From: a virus
DNA: 64,000 nt
Virus record (IMG/VR): IMGVR_UViG_3300044700_000345
Coordinates: 1-64,000 of that record
Direction: 5' to 3' (one strand)
Shown: positions 56,672 to 64,000 of the stretch, in pieces
Numbering within the stretch: the stretch's first letter is position 1
Layout: each line of letters begins with the position of its first letter
Notes under the pieces: generated by a model
Databases searched by the model: none
Seen by the model: only the letters and a program-made list of their open reading frames with translations
What the model was told of the DNA's origin: nothing
Made by a program: the position numbers and the translations under genes

Positions 56672-57481
56672 ATGCAACTTCTTAAATTCTCCACAGGTAA
56701 TGCCAAGCTTGGTAAGCGTTTAATCTTTAGCTTGCCAGCAGGATACTCTTGCCCTAACGCAGGAGTATGTAAGACAATGGCTGATCGCACCACAGGTAAG
56801 ATCATGGATCTACCGCAGCAACCTATTGATCCAACTACGGACTATAGGTGCTTTGCTGCCATGGCGGAGGCTATGTATCCAAACGTACGTGATGCACGTT
56901 GGCACAACTGGGATCTGTTACGTGAGACAATGTATGGCGGTGACTATGGTAGCTACAGAGAATTACAAGGCAAGAGTTATGAACAACAGGTTGAGTTGAT
57001 TGCAGGTCTTATTGAGTTGTCACTACTGGTACAACCAGCGCTTGAAATGTGTCGTGTGCATGAGAGTGGTGACTTCTGGGCACGTGCTTACATGGAAGCA
57101 TGGGCACGTGTTGCTACCAGGTATCCAACTATAAAGTTCTATGCATATACCAAGATGCTTAATGATTGGCTGGCTATACACGAGAAGATGCCAGCAAACT
57201 TTATGTTGACCGCATCGATCGGTGGTATGCTTGACCGTATGATTCCACGCAATCCCGATGTGTTTAAGCGTGTTGCTTATGTTGTGTACACAGAAGAGGA
57301 AGCAGCAGAACTAGGGCTTGAGATTGATCATGACGACAGTCATTGCTTTGGTGACAAGCCATTTGCATTACTGGTCCATAGTCCACAACGTGCTGGTTCA
57401 GAAGCACAGGCTGCTCTTAATGCTCGGCGTAAGCAGGGTAAGTTTACTGGTTACAACAAGAACAAGAAAGTTCGTACGTAA
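56672..57481 (+). CDS. GP88-family protein
   Basis: GNAKL...FSLPAGYSCP.AG.C...CFA...RVHESGDF...FYAYTK. Confidence 0.75.
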   Translation: MQLLKFSTGNAKLGKRLIFSLPAGYSCPNAGVCKTMADRTTGKIMDLPQQPIDPTTDYRCFAAMAEAMYPNVRDARWHNWDLLRETMYGGDYGSYRELQGKSYEQQVELIAGLIELSLLVQPALEMCRVHESGDFWARAYMEAWARVATRYPTIKFYAYTKMLNDWLAIHEKMPANFMLTASIGGMLDRMIPRNPDVFKRVAYVVYTEEEAAELGLEIDHDDSHCFGDKPFALLVHSPQRAGSEAQAALNARRKQGKFTGYNKNKKVRT

Positions 57482-57563
57482 AATTGTGGCTATGTTAACA
57501 CTGTCCTAATTTTCTTACACAACTTCTAGATGTGTTAACATTAGCCAGACTTCTTTTACATCC

Positions 57564-57797
57564 ATGAGCTACATCATTGTTACACAGGAGACAGACATGC
57601 CCTACGCAGTTAGGGCTTGTTCTGACAGTAACAGTTTTAAGTTGATTCCACTAGACTCTGATGTAGCAATAAACAAGATTTATTCGCATCCGCATCGAGC
57701 GGGAGCACAACAAATCTTAACTTGGATTAATAAGAATGACCCAGCTCTCACCAGTCAAAACCTCTCAATTCAAGATGAAGCCCGATTCAGAAAATGA
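57564..57797 (+). CDS. hypothetical protein
   Basis: 77 aa. Confidence 0.65.
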   Translation: MSYIIVTQETDMPYAVRACSDSNSFKLIPLDSDVAINKIYSHPHRAGAQQILTWINKNDPALTSQNLSIQDEARFRK

Positions 57798-59601
57798 ATC
57801 TTGGCTGGTATTTGATTTGGAATCAGATGGATTGTATGACGATGTAACGGTCATCCATTGCATTGTCATACATGACATACAAACAAACCAAACACACAAG
57901 TATGGACCCACTAACATCGCTGCTGCTCTTAAGCATCTTGCTACCGCAGATGTTTTAATAGGGCAGAATATTCTGTTCTATGACATTCCAGTAATTCAAA
58001 AACTTTTCCCTGATACTGCAAAGTTTCAGGGAAGAATTATTGACACACTCATTTGTACACAACTCATTTGGCCCAAGGAGGTTCTCTATGATCTCGACAC
58101 AGAACAATATCCGGAGGTACCAAAGGGCCTCAAGGGTAGAGCCGGCCTTAAAGCGTGGGGTTACCGCCTCTCCAATTACAAGATTGAGTTCAAAGATTTT
58201 AGTGAGTACTCCGAAGAGATGCTTTTATACTGTGAGCAGGACGTTAGGGTCACTCTTCAACTTTTTCAACTCATCCAGAAACAAAACTATGCGGAGTCGG
58301 CGCTTAAGTTGGAACATGACTTTGCTCTTGCAATTAATAAGCAAGTGCGAGCAGGTTTTCCTTTTGATGTGGATGCATGTCTTGATCTGGTGGATGATCT
58401 CAGAAGAAAGAAAGATGAACTCCATGTCAAGGTGATGGAAGTATTCCCACCTATCAAACAAGAGTCAGTGTTTGTACCAAAGGTAAACAATAAAGCACGC
58501 GGGTATATTAAAGGTGAGCCATTTACCAAAGTAAGATATCAAGAATTTAATCCTGGTTCTCGCCCTCAAATTGTTAGTAGGCTCAAGGGTAAGTATGGGT
58601 GGGTACCAGAGGAGCTAACTGATAAAGGTAATCCAATTCTTGATGACGAAGTATTGAGTGCATTAGATTATCCAGAGGCTAAAGTGTTGGGTGAATATTT
58701 GACTATCAGTAAACGACTAGGACAGATTGCTGATGGTCAAAAAGCTTGGCTTAAATATGTAAACAATCAAGACTCATGTATGCATGGTGAGGTTGTAACT
58801 AATGGTTGTATTACTGGACGTTGCGCACACCGTAATCCAAACATGGGTCAGGTACCAGCATCCTATAGCCCGTATGGTAAAGAATGCAGGAGTTTGTTTC
58901 ATGCACCAGATGGCTGGGACTTATTAGGTGTAGATGCCAAGGCATTGGAGTTACGTTGTCTTGGTGGATATCTCGCCCTATGGGATGACGGTGAATATGG
59001 CAACCTTGTGACAGATGAATCAGTTGACATTCATGTATACAACCAAGAAAAGTTTGGTGTGCCTACCAGGGATATTGCCAAGCGTTTGATTTATGCAATG
59101 CTCTACGGGTGTGGTAATGAGAAAGCTGGTGGCATTGTAGATGCTGAAGAGAAAGATCCTATGCGTCTAAAAGAATTGGGACGTAATGCAATCAATGGTT
59201 TTGTAAATGGTGTGCCAGCGCTTAAACAATTGAAGAACAAGTTGGCAAGTGCTATACAAGAACGTGGATACCTGCGTGGATTAGATGGGCGTGCATTGTT
59301 TTGTAGGTCAGACTTTAGTGCATTAAATGTATTGCTCCAGGGATCAGGTGCTGCCCTCATGAAACAAGTGGTGATTAATATTCACAATAACCTTGAGGGC
59401 AAAGGGTTAGTGCATGGTCGTGACTGGATCCAGCACGCCATGATTCATGATGAGATTCAACTGTCTTGTCCCAAGAATTACACAGCCTTGGTCAAGGAGC
59501 AGGCGTTGTTAGCCTTCCCGCAAGCGCAACAATTCTTTGCATTCCAATGTGAAATAGAAGGCGATGCTAAGGTAGGCTGGTCTTGGGATCAGACTCACTA
59601 A
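57736..59601 (+). CDS. T7-like family A DNA polymerase with 3'-5' exonuclease
   Basis: ExoI FDLESDG, ExoII GQNILFYD, ExoIII YCEQD, motif A DAKALELR, motif B RDIAKRLIYAMLYG, motif C IHDE; start may be 57775. Confidence 0.95.
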   Translation: MTQLSPVKTSQFKMKPDSENESWLVFDLESDGLYDDVTVIHCIVIHDIQTNQTHKYGPTNIAAALKHLATADVLIGQNILFYDIPVIQKLFPDTAKFQGRIIDTLICTQLIWPKEVLYDLDTEQYPEVPKGLKGRAGLKAWGYRLSNYKIEFKDFSEYSEEMLLYCEQDVRVTLQLFQLIQKQNYAESALKLEHDFALAINKQVRAGFPFDVDACLDLVDDLRRKKDELHVKVMEVFPPIKQESVFVPKVNNKARGYIKGEPFTKVRYQEFNPGSRPQIVSRLKGKYGWVPEELTDKGNPILDDEVLSALDYPEAKVLGEYLTISKRLGQIADGQKAWLKYVNNQDSCMHGEVVTNGCITGRCAHRNPNMGQVPASYSPYGKECRSLFHAPDGWDLLGVDAKALELRCLGGYLALWDDGEYGNLVTDESVDIHVYNQEKFGVPTRDIAKRLIYAMLYGCGNEKAGGIVDAEEKDPMRLKELGRNAINGFVNGVPALKQLKNKLASAIQERGYLRGLDGRALFCRSDFSALNVLLQGSGAALMKQVVINIHNNLEGKGLVHGRDWIQHAMIHDEIQLSCPKNYTALVKEQALLAFPQAQQFFAFQCEIEGDAKVGWSWDQTH

Positions 59602-59603
59602 CC

Positions 59604-59885
59604 ATGGCCGACTCAATTTCACTTGAACCAGAAGAACTTCGTGACATTATTAAAGGAAACATTCCTGTCCGCAAGTGTCCTGATTGCTTAGGTGAAGGAG
59701 AAAGTTGGACACTTCACTATGTTCTTGCTAATGATCCTGATGAAGACAATGAACAGTTTAAAGATGTAAGTTCACAATTTGCTGCTGATTTTAATGAAGA
59801 TGATTTACCGCCAGAGTATTCTGACGGCGCATGTCTTTCGTATGATTGTGAAACTTGTTCCACAGTTGGTTATGTATGGAATTAA
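59604..59885 (+). CDS. acidic zinc-finger protein
   Basis: CPDC.G.G ... CETC...G. Confidence 0.65.
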   Translation: MADSISLEPEELRDIIKGNIPVRKCPDCLGEGESWTLHYVLANDPDEDNEQFKDVSSQFAADFNEDDLPPEYSDGACLSYDCETCSTVGYVWN

Positions 59886-59915
59886 TAGTCTATATCCTTT
59901 AACTAATTAAATATT

Positions 59916-59941
59916 CGTCCCAAGTAAGACGTTAAACTGCT
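59916..59941 (+). promoter_or_regulatory. pseudoknot leader motif copy 8
   Basis: CGTC-CCAAGTA-A-GACG-TTAAAC-TGCT. Confidence 0.75.
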
Positions 59942-59962
59942 CTCAACCACACTCTCGATCTC

Positions 59963-60772
59963 ATGAATTTTGTTACACTCTGCGCTCAAACTGCTGAAGC
60001 GCCACGCGAAGTTTACATCAGTGCTACCTCCACAGCAACTCGTTGCTTAGTGTTGTTGCCACCTGTTAGTAACAAAGCACCTACTGCAATTGAACTTAAT
60101 GTCTACGGCAAGAATGCTGAACGCTTTTCTCGTGTTACTAAAGGATCTCAGATCTACATCCATGGTGCAAAACTGCGGTTCGATCTGGAGACTAAAACTT
60201 ACTCTCTCCATGGAGGAATCATTGCTCAAGTTAATGATCAGTTCCCTATCCTCAACACGGTAATCCTTAGTGGACGCTGTGTTAAAGACATTGATCAGCA
60301 AGATGCACGTGCCTTCAAGACAACTACTGATGGTACTATGATTTGCAACCAGACATTAGCTGTTAACACTGGACGTAATCAGTCTGACCTGTTTAACTTC
60401 TATGCAATTAACAGTGCAGAAGACAAGGTTAAACAAGCGGAACTTCTTGTTAACTTCACACGTAAAGGTGTTGGCCTTACTATTCAAGGCCGTATTGTTA
60501 CTGACGCTTGGGTAGATAAAGATACAAAAGAACGGCGTAGTATTACCAAAATTCAATTGGCTTCTATGACGTTGGCACCTAAGGCACAGGCCGGTGCACA
60601 GGAAATTAAACCACAAACAACGGTAGCTGCATCGGATAATGTGGCTCCATTGTGGGGTGGACGCACAGCCGATGAAGGAAGTGACCCTTGGAATGTGACA
60701 TCTGGTGGTGGTCTGCCAGAATTACCTGGTCAATACGGCACTGCACCGGAGCTAAGCAATGAACCCTTCTGA
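59963..60772 (+). CDS. ssb: single-stranded DNA-binding protein with two OB-folds
   Basis: VYGKNAE....KGSQIYIHG and NTVILSGR...QAE....RKG....IQGRI....W.DK.T; tail ends in EPF. Confidence 0.8.
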   Translation: MNFVTLCAQTAEAPREVYISATSTATRCLVLLPPVSNKAPTAIELNVYGKNAERFSRVTKGSQIYIHGAKLRFDLETKTYSLHGGIIAQVNDQFPILNTVILSGRCVKDIDQQDARAFKTTTDGTMICNQTLAVNTGRNQSDLFNFYAINSAEDKVKQAELLVNFTRKGVGLTIQGRIVTDAWVDKDTKERRSITKIQLASMTLAPKAQAGAQEIKPQTTVAASDNVAPLWGGRTADEGSDPWNVTSGGGLPELPGQYGTAPELSNEPF

Positions 60773-61037
60773 AGAAGTTACAGAATTGATGCAAATGACT
60801 ATTCCTCTTGAGAATTATTGCTTTGGCTATGCAGATGAAAACAATACGGTTCAGGTTGCTACCAGGAATACTGAGCCGATTGATTTAGTTGGTGCTTTTG
60901 TTTCTTATATGAAAGCAGTAGGCTTTAGCGTTGAAGATATTGAAATTGCCTTAGCTAACCAAGCAGATCTAATGAGATCTTTTAGGTTGCCATTTCGTTG
61001 CAAAACAGAAATCAATGCTTTAGATCCTAAAGATTAA
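60759..61037 (+). CDS. hypothetical protein
   Basis: 92 aa; F..YMKAVGF. Confidence 0.6.
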   Translation: MNPSEEVTELMQMTIPLENYCFGYADENNTVQVATRNTEPIDLVGAFVSYMKAVGFSVEDIEIALANQADLMRSFRLPFRCKTEINALDPKD

Positions 61038-61043
61038 GTTGAT

Positions 61044-61071
61044 CGTCCTGAGTATGACGTAAAACTGCTCA
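61044..61071 (+). promoter_or_regulatory. pseudoknot leader motif copy 9
   Basis: CGTC-CTGAGTA-T-GACG-TAAAAC-TGCTCA. Confidence 0.8.
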
Positions 61072-61095
61072 CCAACAAACCTAATCGACCTTGAC

Positions 61096-62118
61096 ATGAC
61101 TACGAAGACTACTGCACTTGCAACACGTGGAATCAAATCATTTCAGCTTTTTCAATCTAAAGAATTTGTTTCGGGGTACCAAAACCTCGTCACCATCCAG
61201 CCCCTCAACAAGTCTAAGACAAGAGGTTGGTTCGTGCGGAAGTCAGACTTAGATACTTGCGGATGGAGCGCAACTGAAGATCAATTTGATAAAGGTTCAG
61301 TTATCTGGAACTACAAGCAGACTTTTGGTATGGCTCCCAACACTTCAATTGAAGAAGGACTCAATTTCACTGAGCCTAGAATTCAAGTGCTTCTACGTTC
61401 TCCCCTCATGGTTGAGGAAACAACTGGGATGCGTATGACCATTGGTACGTTTGACAATCCCGATGTCAAAGATCTATGGGATGCTGACAAGGCTGCCGCT
61501 GATCTTTCCAACAGCAAAGGTGAGATGTACAAACGTAAGTTCAGTGTGCGTACCAAGTATCTTGTGTATGTCCTTAACAAGGATAATGTACGTGCCCATA
61601 AGATTCCTATGGTGCTAACACTGAAGGGATTGAATGGTACTGATGCAGCTGAAAAGATCAAGCTGTATGAAAAAGAAATGTCCAAGTGTCTTAGCAAAGC
61701 ACTATCAGTTGAAGTCCCACTTTCATTCAATGAAAAGTTCTATGCAACTACCGTATTTACTCCGCTACTTGTCAACGACATGCGCGGCGCCAACAACGTT
61801 GAGATCTGTGCAATTGAATCTTTTAATATACCTGATTACAGCACAGAAGAAGCCGCCATCGAATCATTGAATCGCATGTCGATTCCTGATGAAGATCGTG
61901 AATCAACTTGGAAATTCCAAGAGTTGTTTGCTGATTACATCAATCAACATTCCAAGCAGGATGCTGACAAGCTAGGTGGTGCCTATGGAATTAAAACAGG
62001 TGTAGAAATACTTCCTGTTGCCAGGGGAACTGACCGTGCAATGTTGCAACCAGCAAGTGATGTAGAGGATGGGATGATTTCCTATGCTTCTATCACTGGA
62101 GAAGACAGCTCACTTTGA
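61096..62118 (+). CDS. DUF5895-like protein
   Basis: GWFV...L...GW...EGL....PRI.VL..SPL...YLVY.L..DN...HKIP..LTLKG pattern, recalled from cyanobacterial DUF5895. Confidence 0.55.
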   Translation: MTTKTTALATRGIKSFQLFQSKEFVSGYQNLVTIQPLNKSKTRGWFVRKSDLDTCGWSATEDQFDKGSVIWNYKQTFGMAPNTSIEEGLNFTEPRIQVLLRSPLMVEETTGMRMTIGTFDNPDVKDLWDADKAAADLSNSKGEMYKRKFSVRTKYLVYVLNKDNVRAHKIPMVLTLKGLNGTDAAEKIKLYEKEMSKCLSKALSVEVPLSFNEKFYATTVFTPLLVNDMRGANNVEICAIESFNIPDYSTEEAAIESLNRMSIPDEDRESTWKFQELFADYINQHSKQDADKLGGAYGIKTGVEILPVARGTDRAMLQPASDVEDGMISYASITGEDSSL

Positions 62119-62379
62119 TGTAACCTCTGGGTTGGTAATAGTTGTATCATCTATAACAACATTGTTAAAGATGTGTATATCTTTTACCAGCCCTCTGATT
62201 ACGCCCTGTCTTGTGGTTGCAATGGTTACCAAGAGTGTTGCAATCTCACGTAGTTCTTTGACTGATGTGGATTCTTGAATCAATCTTTTGATTTTTTCTT
62301 CCCAGAACTTATCAGTAAGAGTGGGCTCTATGTCAAACTTACTGAGGGGGACATAGGTACCAGATTCAAGCTCTTCCAT
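62110..62379 (-). CDS. small helical protein, second NblA-like candidate
   Basis: EPTLTDKFWEEKIKRLI......ELREIATLL.......QGVIRGLV; TAGACT upstream. Confidence 0.45.
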   Translation of the reverse strand: MEELESGTYVPLSKFDIEPTLTDKFWEEKIKRLIQESTSVKELREIATLLVTIATTRQGVIRGLVKDIHIFNNVVIDDTTITNPEVTSK

Positions 62380-62444
62380 GTCAGTCAGGGTTTTGTTTAG
62401 TCTACAGCCTACTCCATTTCAACTCAACCACTTAATCTGTATCA

Positions 62445-63392
62445 ATGACTACACTTTTAAATGAAACGCTCAACACTGCTCAGTCTTCAATTTATTCTCG
62501 TACTAACATATCTCGTGCTTTCCCTGGTGTTGATGACACAGGGATTAGCGACATCTCTTTACTTGACACTAATGTTGTTGTGCGTCGGGATGATAATACT
62601 ACTCAGTGTTATGATCGCGCACTAATCAAGCAAGCTTACCTTGACTACACATTCAGACTCAAAGATTTCTTTTCCTATCTCGGAGCAAACTACCGTGGCC
62701 CATCCATTTGGCACAGGAACGCCTATGTCATTTTTAAGGGGTGGAATTATGTCCATAGCTTGGGATATCTCACTGCTTCCGCTAAGCTTCAGACGACGTG
62801 GGCTGACAAATTTATTCACATCAAAGACAAGACACGCTTGGAGACGTTACTTCAATCTGACCAGACTGATCTGGGTCATCTTATTGCTCCGGACGGCTGG
62901 CGAGCTGAGTCACTACCTATTGATATGGAGTCTGAGTTTGGAGAGGAAACTAATGGCAGTGGAGTACAAACACTGGCGCCGTATTGCTCGTGTGGATCGT
63001 TTACCAGGCAGTTAAATACCTTGGCTGATTTCCAGGCTGAGATAGAGGGATACAAGCCGTGGTGCATTCACCTTACTTGGTTTAACAAGTATCGTGAGCT
63101 GCTTGCCAAGCGCACAGACGTACGTAATAGCGCACGTGGTGGAGTTAGTGAGAAATGTGTAGCGTGGTGGTACGCTCCTCCAAGTGACAGCACTAGTGAT
63201 GGACGGTTTGTATTGCTGCACACTCAGTCAGGATCCATGGCGCCGCTGACGCATTGGCGGTCGTACAAGCCACGTACTGTATTTACACAACACGATGCCT
63301 GGACTTTGTTTGACAGTATGATGGATGCGGGTTACGTCCCGTTTCCAGGTACGGCCCTTCCTCAACTAGCCTCTGCTATTAAAAAGAAATGA
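62445..63392 (+). CDS. SWIM zinc-finger-like protein
   Basis: YCSCGSF...PWCIHL. Confidence 0.65.
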   Translation: MTTLLNETLNTAQSSIYSRTNISRAFPGVDDTGISDISLLDTNVVVRRDDNTTQCYDRALIKQAYLDYTFRLKDFFSYLGANYRGPSIWHRNAYVIFKGWNYVHSLGYLTASAKLQTTWADKFIHIKDKTRLETLLQSDQTDLGHLIAPDGWRAESLPIDMESEFGEETNGSGVQTLAPYCSCGSFTRQLNTLADFQAEIEGYKPWCIHLTWFNKYRELLAKRTDVRNSARGGVSEKCVAWWYAPPSDSTSDGRFVLLHTQSGSMAPLTHWRSYKPRTVFTQHDAWTLFDSMMDAGYVPFPGTALPQLASAIKKK

Positions 63393-63610
63393 AATTCAAC
63401 ACTGGCGAATGGATTTTTCCTGTCTGGTTTGCAATGGTCTTTGCCGTTATTACGATTGGGCCAACCACTTTTATTATAAAAACAACTACCACTCAACAAG
63501 CACTTAATCAAGAGTGCAAAACTAACTACAGCTTTCTTCAAGTTGCTGTAGCAGGAGACAACCTGTCTCGCCTTTGCCAAATTAAACAACAAACCATCAC
63601 AATCAAATGA
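63389..63610 (+). CDS. small membrane protein
   Basis: TM helix plus a Cys pair; coupled. Confidence 0.65.
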   Translation: MKFNTGEWIFPVWFAMVFAVITIGPTTFIIKTTTTQQALNQECKTNYSFLQVAVAGDNLSRLCQIKQQTITIK

Positions 63611-63783
63611 CTGACTTTCTAAACTTTAAAGATTCTCAAAAACAAATTATCTGTCCTAAACACGGTACCCACAAGCACTACATCAGCAGCAGCATTAAAT
63701 ATTATGAAGGTAACTAGTGCATGTTGTGCTGGCTAAAAAGTCTTGGCCCCTCTCTTCCAACTATTGAGCAATCAGATGACTGA
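63607..63783 (+). pseudogene. small zinc-finger-like gene interrupted by in-frame TAG (63715-63717)
   Basis: MTDFL...ICPKHGTH...EGN*CMLCWLKSLGPSLP...DD; read-through restores both metal-ligand pairs and coupling to the next gene. Confidence 0.6.
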
Positions 63784-63931
63784 CACACAATTTGACCATC
63801 TCTGGGATCTGATTGATTCGCTAAGCGATCGTATTGGAGACCTTGAGACGGAAGTGCGAGGACTAAACTGCCGAGCCGATAAGGTTGAACACGAAATCAA
63901 CAGATTGGATTGGTGGATTAGCCATGACTAA
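63776..63931 (+). CDS. small coiled-coil protein
   Basis: MTDTQFDHLWDLIDSLSDRIGDLETEV... Confidence 0.55.
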   Translation: MTDTQFDHLWDLIDSLSDRIGDLETEVRGLNCRADKVEHEINRLDWWISHD

Positions 63932-63958
63932 TCAACACTTTAACAAAAAGTAAACCTA

Positions 63959-63986
63959 CGTCCTAAGCATGACGGTAAACTGCTTA
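63959..63986 (+). promoter_or_regulatory. pseudoknot leader motif copy 10
   Basis: CGTC-CTAAGCA-T-GACG-GTAAAC-TGCTTA. Confidence 0.8.
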
Positions 63987-64000
63987 ACACAACCACACAC

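Noticed and set aside
40182-63986. Reading the repeated motif as a CRISPR array or a plain sigma70 promoter
   Set aside because: Copies are dispersed with whole genes between them and no cas genes are seen. The TAAACT hexamer is broken in the 61044 and 40182 copies, while stem pairing is kept.
1-64000. Genome-wide TAG reassignment
   Set aside because: Several clean genes end in TAG, long genes have no internal TAG, and the only tRNA seen is Leu(UAA).

Overview
A 64-kb slice of a tailed dsDNA phage genome, probably a cyanophage (inferred from two NblA-like ORFs, a DUF5895-like ORF and -10-only promoter candidates). It has two divergent arms separated by a largely non-coding stretch at about 39.4-40.2 kb. 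The left arm is mostly minus strand and carries terminase, putative portal, scaffold, major capsid protein, large low-complexity virion-like proteins, a tail fibre, several cell-wall enzymes, dCTP deaminase and HNH genes. The right arm is mostly plus strand and carries many small early-type genes, a PcfJ-domain protein, tRNA-Leu(UAA), ThyX, a GP88-like protein, a T7-like family A DNA polymerase and a double-OB SSB. The most striking unexplained signal is RNA structure in the right arm: ten copies of a ~27-nt H-type pseudoknot with compensatory changes in both stems, each in a gene leader (including ssb and pcfJ), plus three other two-copy covarying motifs, a multi-stem ncRNA candidate and a duplicated terminator/promoter unit. 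Other oddities are a 611-nt portal/scaffold dual-coding overlap, a circularly permuted M23 peptidase, a lysozyme and a methyltransferase with substituted catalytic motifs, and two genes interrupted by an in-frame TAG. All calls come from motif recognition by eye; no database searches were run.
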